Below, one piece after another: positions 50,152 through 62,358 of a stretch of 64,000 bases of DNA. The stretch is from NCBI GenBank assembly GCA_047967505.1, contig CM106538.1; one strand, given 5' to 3'. Numbering within the stretch: position 1 is the stretch's first letter; every line of letters begins with the position of its first letter. Source of the stretch: Dipteris shenzhenensis (lineage: Eukaryota). Under the pieces are notes generated by a model that was given only the letters and a program-made list of their open reading frames with translations, did not search any database and was not told the DNA's origin. The position numbers were made by a program, and so were the translations under genes.

Positions 50152-53100
50152 AGAAGTAGAAGTAGAAATTATTATCGTCCACGGGGGGCCGAAAACGACC
50201 CATGGGACCCGAACGGTGTACAAGAAAAGTCTCCTCCGGTGTGGAGGGGTCAAGAATTTTCAAGTTCTTGACGGTACAAAAAGAGGCGGGTAACAAAAGA
50301 TCCTAATGCTGCCGGCGAGGCAGTGGAAAGGACTGATGTTAAGTGTGTGGAGTCTCCCAGTAACTTCCGGTAGTCCTCCCTAATGTGTGCATAACTGGGA
50401 CACTGCAGAGCTATATGTGCCTCTGTCTCCACTGTTTGAGAGTCACAAAATCTGAGGCATGTCGCGGAAGATTCAACCACGCTCCCTTCTCAATTGCAAG
50501 CATGTGAGATCTAGTCCGGAATCTAGCAATATTTCTGCGATAGAGCAAGGGGATGGAAGTGCTGATGTATGCCTGAGCAGGGGCCTCTTTTGTCATATAT
50601 GTGGACCAACATGTGGGGTTGATGTGATCTTGGTAATACTCCAGCTTCACCCTCTTCTTTGTTGTTAGCCATTGAGTTTGTAGAGTGCTTAGTAGGGACA
50701 TCTGAAACTCTTGGATATCAATTCTTGCGGGTGGCATAGTCAGGTATGAGTCTACATTCCATCTCCTGAACCACTTCCTTATATCTGTCCCCCATCCTGT
50801 GCAAATGATCTTGCTCTTATGGTTCTTTTGAAGTTTCATGCTGGCCATCCATGCCCTGTGAGGTAATCTTTCCGTTTGCATTTGTTGTACCTCCACTAAG
50901 TATTGCAGTACTCTAACCATAGCATGGAACTCGATAGGTCTCCTGCCTGTTTCTAATAGTAGCACCTATGGAGTAGTTGCCTTTACACCTAAGTGGCGGC
51001 GTAAGAAAGCCTTCTGCATTTTTTCGATCTCATTCCATGTCGATGGGGGAATGCTGCCTCCCCATACTTCCCCCACTCCATAGAGTATTGTTTGAACCAC
51101 ATATGCATCAAACAAAATGTTCCGAATCTTCCAATTGCGAGTGTTGGTGTGCCTGCAGTCATTTTCAAAGTGATAGTATTTGCCCCAGCCTGCGTCTAGT
51201 CTTCTTTGGACACATTGCCACCATCTATGATCTGCTGGAATATCAATTCCTAGGTATTTAAAAGTATTGACATATTCGAGGGGCTGTCCATCGAATATAA
51301 TGTCTGGGGGATGTAAAGGCTGAATGGTGCACACTGCCATCATTTTGGTTTTGTTGACATTTACCTGCAGCCCGCTCTCTAGACAAAAGGTCTTCAATAT
51401 CTGTAATAGTTTGTGCATGTGGTCGGGATCATATGCAAAAAGAACTATATCATCTGCATATAGCAGTAACAATATTACCCACACTCCTATTTTGGGGCCT
51501 TGTATGTCTTCTGTTGACATAGCTTCTTTTACAAGTTCTTCTAGCCTGTCAATGCATATCCCAAATAAAGTGGGTGAGAGTGGGCAGCCTTGCTTGACTC
51601 CCATGTTGCTTTGAAATGCAGTCAATAGTCCCTGAGATTGCTTCAATCGGCATAGAACTTTTTCATATATCCGGGAGATGCCCACTCTGAGTGTCAGAGG
51701 GACCTCCAGGATGTGCATTCTATCCCATAAACCTCCTCGTGGTACTGTATCAAATGCTTTTCTGAAATCAACAAAGCAACAGAGTAGAGTGTTTCTGTGT
51801 AATCTGCTTTCATCCATGAGGACCCTCAGTGTAACGAGGTGGTCTGCAGTTCTGTGTTCTTTGCGGAAGCCTGCTTGCCCAATAGCCCTTTTCTTGGCTT
51901 CTTCTGCCCAGCTGCTGATTTTTGCTTCAAGTATTGTACTAAAAAGTTTGGCTGGGGTGGAGCTGACCATTATAGTTCGATAATTGGTAACTGAATTTCT
52001 GTCGCCTCCCTTGAAAAGGGGCTGAACCCAATTTTCCTGCCAATCAAGCGGGAAACCATGTTGTAAAGCGTGTGTTAACACCTGTGATAGCCACTCTCTT
52101 GCTTTGTCTCCTGTCCATTTTAGAAATTCAGCGCACATAGACATGTGGTCAGATGCTTTTCCATTGGCCATCTTTTTCAGCCCTGTTTCTATGTCTTCAA
52201 ATGCAAAAGGATTGGGAGAAGCAAGTGGTATCTCTTCAGTCCCCATTTCTGTCGCATTGACATGATTGTAGAGTTTAATGACGTATTCCATCATATCTTC
52301 ATTTGATATATTCCCCATGATCTTTTTCTTCGGACTCTTGACATGCCTCCAACCTTTCTTGGGATTTTTAATGAATGTAAGTAAATCAGATTTTTCCTTT
52401 TCTAGAATGTAATGCCTCTTCTTTTTCCGTGTGAGAGCATTATATTGTTTCTCCTTCTGTCTGTACAAGTTTGTGTTTGGAATGTGTTTCAATGCTTTGC
52501 GCATTTGCTTGCACTCTTCATCGTACCATTTCTTACATGGTAGACCTTTGACCAATTTCTGTCTTGCTTGGGGGGCTACTCCAAACACCTTTGTGGCGGT
52601 GTCCAAGATAGCCTCTTTGAGGGCTCCCCATGTGGGTGTAACTGCCATTGCATTCAGCTTTGCATCTAGTGTGATGGCATATTCTTTCTGTTTCTCTTGA
52701 TCCACCCGGAAGCCTCTTGGATGTGCTGTAATTTTCTGTGTGGGGATTTCAGCCTGCACACTAAGGGTGAGCCACAGGGAGAGATGGTCTGACTCTGGCT
52801 GTTTTGCTCCTATTTTGAGGCTCTGAACGTTAGGTAATGCATCTACATGTGCCAAAGTGCCCTCCACTAGCCGAAAAACATGTAGTCCCATTGGTCCCGG
52901 GAAATAGTTGCATTCCATTTAGTATTGGCATATGTAGACCATTCATCATGCTTCTGAGTGCTCTGCCTTGTGCATTAATGGTGTTATCGTCTGAGATCCT
53001 GTACCATCCGTCATCCACTTCGATTGCATCCTCTTTATCCATTTCATCATGCATGATCGGCTGAAATTGCATTTGTCCAGTTCTTGCATTGAGATCACCC

Positions 53101-53867
53101 AGTATTATGACTTTACCTACTTCCTTCAACTCAGCAATGTCTAGGCATAAGGCTACAAATGCATCACTGGTGTCTATTCCATTCCTGCCATAAAAGGGAG
53201 AGTCATGATGTGGTATATAGCAACCTGCAATGAAGAGAGGGCATGCGCCTTCGACTTTCAGCCATATAAACCTCTTGTATTTGTCGGCTCTGTAGAAACT
53301 GATCTTTTCTGCCAAATGTTCCTGATACATGCATGCTACACCACCTTGACCTCTTTTCCCTATCTGTTTCTCATACACGGTATGCACCATGTATCCTGGT
53401 ACGTCTGGAATCCCGCAAATTTCGCTCTCCCATGTTTCTCCAAGGAAAATGATGTCTGCATCTTGTATGAAAGCATTGATACTAATTCCCTTGTTCCAGG
53501 GGAATCCTCTGCAATTCCAAAACATTACTTGTAAGGACTTGTGAGTCCCATGGGTCTCGCATCCCTATTTGATAGTCTCCTCCATTGGAGGGATTTTCCC
53601 CTGTCGCTTGAGCCTCTCATTGTATTGCTTCCTTCTTATTTCTTGCTGTTTTGGGGTGCGGTCCTCACTGACATAGAAAGGGGAGCCCTTGAGGTATACT
53701 CTACTGCTGTCCAAAATGATGTCACGTTTTGTTGTGTCCATCACTGTGCATACAATGGCTCTTTTACCAGTCGTACCTTCTTCTATTCTACCCACACGAT
53801 GTGCTCCATACACTGCCACATCTGGCATCGTGAAGTGCTCTGCAAAGAACTCTGTCACCTCTTTTGC
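50152..53867 (-). mobile_element. Near-complete 5'-truncated RTEX-like LINE
   Basis: ORF1 C-terminus 53565-53867; ORF2 APE (WNCRG, ETW, GDLNARTG, SDH), RT (VDFRKAFDTV, QGCPLSP, YADD, KYLG), CCHC; (TTCTAC)3 tail; TAGT duplicated at both ends. Confidence 0.95.
50250..53525 (-). pseudogene. LINE ORF2 (APE-RT-CCHC) with three lesions
   Basis: ORF track pieces 52830-53525, 50966-52918, 50411-50965, 50250-50480; frameshift ~52860, TAG 50966-50968, frameshift ~50460. Confidence 0.93.
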
Positions 53868-54476
53868 TAGTGAATACACATGGGAGGCAGATTACCGGGA
53901 TGAATCCCGGGAGACAAGAGGAGTCCGAGGATTGGTAGGAGTGGAAATACTGTATCGATCATCCCTTATGAGGCGATCTCCATTGAGAGATGAGATACAC
54001 ACGTAGGGCTTCTATGGGTTTGTATCGAGGACCTCTTCGTCGCAGTATGCTTTTTCTGCCCAGGACTTCAGAGGCTGAGACCTCACCACATGCAGCCCTC
54101 TATCCAAACATCATGAATTTCTTGAGCCACAGGGAAGTTCTCCTTGTTGGGCACTTCAAGGTGAGGATAGGTACACACCAGGTATCACTCCTATATTTTT
54201 CGTGATGATTCTATCTTATTACCAGATGTTTGATATAGGCAAGGTTGGGATGTCTCGAGTCTCCGCAGATAGATGGGCCTCAAGTCACATCCTATGGACG
54301 TGAATTACTAGACATGGGCGAGATGCATGATCTTATCATCTATGATGGCCTGGATTGTTGGCCCTGCTCAAGCGGGTTCACTTGTTTCTTGCATGGGGAT
54401 ACTCCACCATAGTTGACTATCTCATGGGAACTCCTGCCTTCACTTTACATGATTGACTTTTCCGTCTTACCAACAC

Positions 54477-56688
54477 TGTTGGGATATCTCAAGGTGTATG
54501 CCTCAGGCACACCTTATGTTTCTATGTGTGAGTGCTAGAGGCACAGTTAGGTGCCCACAAGCACAGTTAGGTGGTGGAAAAGCCACATAGGATGATTGAG
54601 TGAATCTAGGAGCAGATTGAGGAGATGATTGTGGAGCTTTGAGGTCATCAGTGATGTCAGTGACCTTGTATGAGGTGCCTACTTAAGGACCTCTTTCTTC
54701 TTCATTCTATAAGCAAGTATTCTGATTTTGTGTCAACTCTACTCTTTCCTTTCAGTATTCCAACATGGTATGAGAGCCATTTGATCCCCCTTGAGCCCAT
54801 TTCTGCCACATCATCATCTTCTTCTTCATCTTCTTCTTCTCCATTTTTCTCTTTCTTCCCAAAATCTTTGAGAGCTTGGTTCTCCACCTACAAACGACCA
54901 TTGCCCAAACCCTCTGAGCTGGAAACTCCTCTAGTATGGGCGAACTTCCACCTGCAAGCAATTGAAGAAAAAACGTCCGTGGTGGCTGCCATTCTCCAAA
55001 CAGCGAATTTCTTCTGTTGCTCAATACTCCCTGCCTGCTCCGCCATTGCCTGAGCCCTCTTAGGAGTAGATGGGCGACCTCAAGACGAAGATTTTGAGCC
55101 ATTTTTCAAGTCATTTGGTTCAGTAACGAGGGAGAAATCGTCAAAACTCAGTTTCAGCCTGTAGTAACTCTCCCGGGCAAAAGTGCGCACCATTTCGTCC
55201 AACCTCTGTGCTGGACCTTCTCTGGTATATGAGCTTTCTTTTGCTTCAAAAAGCCCTCTTTTCCTTGCTTTGAAGAGTGAGCTACAAGCCCTCCAAGTTC
55301 AGCTTTTCATTTTTGACAGTTTTGGACAAGTTTTGAAGATGATGCTACATAAAATGCTACTCTAGCATTTCTGGTCTTTTGAAGTTTTCAATAACTTCAT
55401 TACAAGTGTTGCTTCAGTTTTTCTTTGATTTGCTAGACCTGGTTGTGATTGGAAAGTGTTCATTTCATCCACTTCTATGAAGCATGTAAAAGGAAGCATC
55501 ATTGTTTGAAATCTAGTCACTACTATTTGCTACATTAAATGCTTATATTTTGAAGCATTTCAATTGTTATTCTAAGCCCTGTAAGAGAGAAGACACTACC
55601 CAATACTTGGGTTAGAGCCTCTCATGGCTTGCTTATGCAAAATATGTGAAAAGCCAAAACATAAAGCAATGTCTTGTTATGCTACAAAGGATGAAAATGC
55701 CAAACTGACTTCCTTGTTGAAGATTGCCAAAACAATGGTTGCCAAAAAGGAAGCAACTACAGAGATCTACCCTCTCATGGCACTTTTATTTGACTCCAAG
55801 TACAAGAAAAAGATGAAGCTCAGATACTTAAGATATGCTTCTCTACACAACTATGGAGATGACAAGATAATTGTTCTCTTGAAGGATATGACTTTCAGAT
55901 CCACTTGTTCTATCATAGTACCATCTTATAAGGCACTAGACACTGCCCATGTGGTAAGACCTTGCCTTGACATGGATATTTTGCCTCCACAAGATGAGGC
56001 ATCCCATGAAGATTATGCATTTTAAACTCATCTCTATGTATGCTCCAGATCTCTCTTTTTATGTCAAGGTACTCAGCCTGGATAGTCCTCCAAAATGAAT
56101 GAAAATAAATTATTGTGTTGTGTGTGTTTGTAAACACCTCTGGTCACCTTATGATGTAGGCCATGTGTATGTTTGTTCCATGGTACCTCCTACAGACATT
56201 GTGTGCATGTACATGTAGGAGAGATAACCATTGGAAGGTCTGTTTGTATCCCTTTCTGTTTACCTTACACCCAAGGAAACCCTTGCTAGCATGAGAACCT
56301 AGCCATAGATTTATCCTTGACCACCATGAGATGGCATGAGAAACTATGAGACTAGATGTATCCTTGACATAGCTTGAGGCATTCCCTTGAGGGGGGGTTT
56401 GTTGGGATATCTCAAGGTGTATGCCTCAGGCACACCTTATGTTTCTATGTGTGAGTGCTAGAGGCACAGTTAGGTGCCCACAAGCACAGTTAGGTGGTGG
56501 AAAAGCCACATAGGATGATTGAGTGAATCTAGGAGCAGATTGAGGAGATGATTGTGGAGCTTTGAGGTCATCAGTGATGTCAGTGACCTTGTATGAGGTG
56601 CCTACTTAAGGACCTCTTTCTTCTTCATTCTATAAGCAAGTATTCTGATTTTGTGTCAACTCTACTCTTTCCTTTCAGTGTTCCAACA
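54477..56688 (+). mobile_element. Non-autonomous mini LTR retrotransposon 'F' (2212 bp)
   Basis: 289-bp LTRs 54477-54765 and 56400-56688 with 1 mismatch; TSD AACAC; PBS TGGTATGAGAGC; PPT gaggggggg; no INT/RT/RH. Confidence 0.97.
55624..56025 (+). CDS. 133-aa ORF of element F with N-terminal CCHC zinc knuckle
   Basis: ATG-initiated, uninterrupted; CKICEKPKHKAMSC = CX2CX4HX4C; expression unknown. Confidence 0.5.
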   Translation: MACLCKICEKPKHKAMSCYATKDENAKLTSLLKIAKTMVAKKEATTEIYPLMALLFDSKYKKKMKLRYLRYASLHNYGDDKIIVLLKDMTFRSTCSIIVPSYKALDTAHVVRPCLDMDILPPQDEASHEDYAF

Positions 56689-58198
56689 AACACTACTAGG
56701 AGCAGACCACACCTATCTGTTTTTTGGTATATCCACACCATTGCCAACATTGCACACTACTATGCCACTCACACACACTACATACCATGACGTACACTTT
56801 GATCACAAATTAAACCAAGTACTCCACATGCCTCTTGACTTACTCATAGACATTGACCACATACCGTTCTTAGAGGATAAAGCCGACCTGATTACATGCT
56901 CTTTATATGAGACCGTCCTACACACTTTCCTACACACCACTTGATCCACACGTCTCCCACCTCTTGAGTTAGTACCCTGCAATAGTTGGTATGATGACGA
57001 GTATAAGGCTTTACGTCAACGACTCTTACTCGAAACTAAAGCATCATCTTCCGATTAAGGCAGAGACGATACATGAGTATTGTCGTCTAGTTCGTCGAAA
57101 GTAGCAAACTTTCGTTCGCCTGAACGAGGAGTTAATAAACATTTTGTTTAGTAACAACTCTCAAGACTTCTGGTGGAGGTTCCTAGAACGACATGCCCCA
57201 TCCCATCTGACGGACAACAAAACATATGGAAAAATGTATCACTAGAGGATCAGGTTTGCAGCTTATGCTCATCACGGGATATAGAGGACGAACGCCACAC
57301 ACTTCTCACCTATTGAGCCTATCAAGATATCAAAGAGCAATACAAATGAAAGATGTCCACACATGCAACGCCAACATCATGTTAATAGGTTAGACTTTTT
57401 ATACTTTGTGATCAACCTAAGTTTGCAAATGGAAAAGACTTGGAAATACCTGATGAAAGAAACTCAAGTTTGGAGAGTAAATTAAAAACCTGCTTTAAAA
57501 GTTGCTCATCCTCTTTGACCAGCCGCCGAAGAGGATAGGCGCTTACATCAAGGAGGTATTAGCACATTGCAGTAAAGTCTTGGACGGAGTATACATACAC
57601 GCAAGAATGCTCGGGGATGCAAACATATGAACCATTCTTGTTGACAGCTATTTTTAGAGCTGCAACATGTTTTTTTTCAATGGATTCTCCTTTGTGCTAT
57701 AGTCCTGTTGGTCTCCAATGGACATTAATAATATCATATCACATCATTTCACACACATGCACACACTTATAGTCACACACACATACAATGTGCAGTGCAC
57801 GCGTGCTTGCGCGTGCACACACATTATAAATGATTATTTCAAGATAGGGAAGAGACTGAGAGAGGAATGGTCCACAATGGAAAAGGTACGAGGCAGCACT
57901 AGTTGGCTGTCCAAAACAGCCAACCTGGGCTTCCAAAATCCCCAAACTATCCAATGGGGCACAAGACATGCAATGTCCACAAAGGACAGCACAATAGTGG
58001 CTGGACAGGAAGGGAAGGAGAGGTTAGCGGAGATGACTCAAGAGCAGGCTGCATCTGAAACAGCCTGTGAAAAGAGCTGCTTGTTTCCCATGCTATCCAT
58101 GATGTATTTGTGCCTTGAGTGCTTTGCTCTTGGCCGTTTCTTTCTTGCTTAAAAGAAGTTTTTTTGGGGAGGAAAAAATAAGAAGAGGGGGGAGGGAG

Positions 58199-61100
58199 AG
58201 TTAGAAAGCCCAACAGAGGGTACCCGCAGTGGAAGACTGATAGATGTCCCAGAAATTCACACAGAAGTGTTTATACAATGGAATCCGAAACTTCTTTACT
58301 AATGTGTACTCAAACATACATGTGTGCAAGCTAGTGCTCCAGAGATATAGAACCAACAAAATATATTTCCGTCCAAAAGGACACAATACAAAAGGAGGCC
58401 AGAATCCCACCAAATGGTGGTCCTCTATCCTTACCAAAAGGTTTTGTAATACCTCCATGGTACTTCTAATCCCCAATCTTGCGTGCTCCTCGTCGAGCTT
58501 CTGTAGAATTTAGTCACCGTGCCTTGATCCCTGCACCTTGCTGCCCTGGAAGACAGCCTAGGTGTGCAGGCCCTTCCAAGCTGGTCTGCTGCTCCAGTCT
58601 GCTCCTAATCTGCTGCTGTAGTGATCGCAAAATGAGCCCCAAGGGCTCCCCTTTTATAGGGGCTGGGGAACCCCCAAATCAGCTGACCCAGTAGGAGAAA
58701 TAGGCCGATCAAACAGCCCCCCACTGGCTGGCTTTACTGATCTGTCCAGCTGACCCTGGTTAGCTGGCTTTGACCAGACCAACCAGGTCTATATCCAGAT
58801 GGTGGCACACAGCCAGTTGTCCAGGCCCTGCCCTAAATTAGGGGCTGTGCAGGGCCAAGACCTGCCCATACAGGTGCCTCTTAGCTCTGCCATTCTTTCC
58901 TTTGTATAGGCCATGTCCAGGCCTAAACACCCTGTCAATGCTCCGCCCATGGTCCTGCAGACTGCCGTACAGATCCGCCATGTTCCTGCAGTGTTCTCGC
59001 CTCTATTGCAGACCCATTTCTGCTCCAGATCCATCGCCTCAGTTCCGTACAACCTCCTCCATCCAGCCGTACTGCTTACATGGCATCTTCAAGCTGTTGC
59101 AGTGCATTAAGGTTCCACTAACCTGCCAGGTAAGTTCATCTTTGTGCTCCCACGTGGCAAGCTCATGTGCTGTCCATGTGGTAGCCCTATGTCATCTCTT
59201 TTGATTGCTAGTATGCTGCTCACACGGCCGCCAAAGTGCTGCCCATGCGGCAGCCACATCACTTCTTGGCTCACCCTCCCATTCTCTCCTCATATGGGGG
59301 CTTATAGATGGGGAGGTTACCTGACACATCTTGGCGCGATGCCAACTTGTCGATGAAGATGCTCCAGGAGCTCCCATGTCGTAGCCCTTTGGAATACTCT
59401 AGTGCCAATGCCGATTATTGGATTTTCATTGAGTGGCTCCTATTCCACCAAGTCCAATCCTGCACAAGCACCCTAGTACGCAGTTCCATCTTTGGTAGCA
59501 CTAGATGGCACCACCTCCTATAGTCACGTTCCCGCCTTTGAACTCCAGCAATCTAGGTGCTAGCATCCTCCAACTATCCCTCTGATGGTGGGTGAACAGC
59601 CCGGCCATGCTCTCAGGTATGTTTCAACCCGTCATTCATTTGGCAAGGTCTGTAACAAAACAACATACTCTAGGACTCAAATCCCAAGCATTAATCCAGA
59701 TTACGTGGACCATCAGCTTCCATGTGTAGTTTTGTGATGTCCCTCTCTAAGTCATAGCATGCATCTGACTCTAAATCCATAGGTCCTACCGAAGAATCCT
59801 CCTCGGTGTCGGCAATATGAGTAGAGCACATGGATGACTCCAAGCACTCGTCACTGTCCTTCACCTTCACAAAGGTTTCCGACTCCTCATCTGACCATCT
59901 CTCAATGCTAGACATTCTCACCGTAACACCGTGGTCTATATATCTTATCTCAGCAACACCTGGAAATGTGACCTAGAAAAGCGCTCCTGTAACCACCCCA
60001 TTAGCTACATTCTCTGACTCTAAATCTGACTGATCCCCTTCTTTTGATCTGCTTCTTCTTTTATCAATTCTTCGCAAAATGACCTGACTCGTCACAATAG
60101 GAGCACTTTTTCTTGTGCTTCCTCTTCTTCTTGTTTTTTTCATCTGAAGAGTCTGCTCCATCATTAGACTTGTCTTTCTTGGGGTTGCCTTTACCAGGCT
60201 TATCCTTTCCCTTGCCTTTGCTTTCGTCCTGAGCTATAGGGGCTTTGTTATCGAATGCGTCGTATTTCTTCGCTCGAGCCTCTTGTTGTAGAAGCAATGG
60301 TACCAGCTCCTCGAATATGCCCTTTGCTCTGCAATAAACGTAGTCATGAAATTGTTGTAGCTCCTCGTAGGCATGCCAAGCAATAGCCTAGCCATGTTGG
60401 TCATATCGACGAACTGTTGACAACCGATCACTCACCACCTTCATCTTAGTGATGTGATCCTATACTGGATCCCTCTCAGCCATGTTGATGCCATAGAGCT
60501 CCGTCTCTAGGTCTAGAATCCTCACCTCGTTGTTCAGCTCGTACATGTCCCTCAAAGTGGTCTAGGCCTCGAAGGAAGAGGAACTACTGCATCTGCTGTG
60601 GTGCCAATGCCTCCACATCACGAAGTTACCAGGCTTTCACTAACACGGCATCTGCCAGTACAATCAATTCCGGGGTAGTCGCTATAGCTGGAGTCACTGT
60701 GGGTTGAGGCATTACCTCTCCACCTGTTGCAATCTCCCACATCTCTCTCAATACTACATGGCTTTGGACTTTCATCTTCCACAATGGGTAATTAGTCCCA
60801 TCCAACTTACCTGTGTTCCCAAAATTAGGAATAGGATATCTCTGGGCCATGGCAATGAACTGAGAAGAGAGAGAGTTAAACAAGCCTCCCATCCAACTTA
60901 CTTGTGTTCCCAAAATTAGTCCCATCCAACTTACCTGTTTTCCCAAAATTAGGAATAGGATATCTCTGGGCCATGGCAATGAACTGAGAAGAGAGAGAGT
61001 TAAACAAGCCTCCCTTGAAAAGGTACTGTCCTTCAGACGTCGAAGTTGATTTCCCCCTGCTGAACTTCTGATCAGAGCGCTGATACCATATTAGAAATCC

Positions 61101-62358
61101 CAATAGAGGGTACCTGAAGCGGAAGACTGATTGATAACCCAGGAATTCACACAGAAGTGTTAGTACAATGAAATTCAAAACTCCTTTACTTATGTGTACT
61201 TTAAAGATACATGTGTGCAAGCCAGTGAATAGACAATGCTCCAGATATAGAACCAACAAAATATATTTCTGTCCAAAAGGACACAATAAAAAAGGAGTCG
61301 AGAGTCCCACCAAATTGTGGTCCTCTGTCCTCACCAAAAGGTGTTGTCCTACTACCTCTATGGCACTTCTAGATCCCTAAGCATGCGTGCTCCTCGTCGA
61401 GATTTTGTAGACTTTAGTCACCGTGCCTTGATCCCTGCACCTTGCTGTCCTGCAAGACAGCCTAGATGTGCAGCCCCTTCCAAGCTATGTCTGCAGTTCC
61501 TCAGCCCCTTTGTCCTTCTGGATGTAGGCCCAAAGACTACTGGTATACTGCTCCAGTCTGCTGCTGATCTGCTGCTCTAGTGGATGCCAAAATGAGCCCC
61601 AAGGACTCTCCTTTTGTAGGGGCTAGGAGCCCCCAAATCAGCCAATCCAGTAGGGGAAATAGGCCGACCAAACAGCCCCTGGCCAACCTTGCTGCTCTGT
61701 CCAGCCGACCCTGGTTGGCCAGCTTTGACCAGCCCAACCAGGTCTATACCCAGCCGCCAGGCCATGTGGCACACAGCCAGTGGTCCAGGCCCATTTCTGC
61801 CCCAAATCGGGGGCTGCTGCAGGCCCAAGACCTGCCCAATACAGGCACCTTTCAGTCCTCCCATTCTCACCTTTGTTTAGGCCATGTCCAGGCCCTAAAC
61901 ACCCTGTCAATGCTCTGTCCAGGGTCCTGCGGACTGCCGTACAGATCCGCCATGTTCCTGCAATGTTCTCACCTCTATCACAGACCTGCTTCTGCTCCAG
62001 AGCCACTGCCTCAGTTCTGTACAGCGTCCTCCATCCAGCCATACTGCTTGCATGGCATCTTCGAGCTGTTGCAGTCCACCAATGCTCCACTAACCTACCA
62101 GGTAAGTTCACCTTTGTGCTGCCCACATGGCAGCTCGTGCTGTCCATGTGGCAGCCCCATGTGATCTCTTTTGATTGCTTGTATGCTGCCCACATGGCAA
62201 CCAAAGTGCTGCCCATGTGGCAGCCACATTGCTTCATCCTGCCCCCGCCCCTTCCGCCCCCCCCCCCCCCCCCCCCCCCCGCCGCCCCCCTTTTCTCTCC
62301 CAAAAAACTAGAAAACTCTCCTCATATGGGAGGTCACAGATGGGGAGGTGACCATACA
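58199..62358 (-). mobile_element. Gag-only copia-related LTR element 'G' with long diverged LTRs (61089-62358 and 58199-59326)
   Basis: LTR copies align by eye; minus-strand PBS TGGTATCAGCGC 61077-61088; KLDGTNYPLW and CSYCDESGHFAKN; no pol, TSD or clear PPT. Confidence 0.85.

Larger units (their letters stand above)
49330..57600 (+). mobile_element. Old RTEX-like LINE (ORF1, APE, deleted RT, CCHC end) hosting two younger insertions
   Basis: NIRVRGI..IYLDEDLTPLQ (ORF1), VWNCNG, VLLVGHFKVRIG, IVDYL, GADH (after element F), EDERH. Confidence 0.75.
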
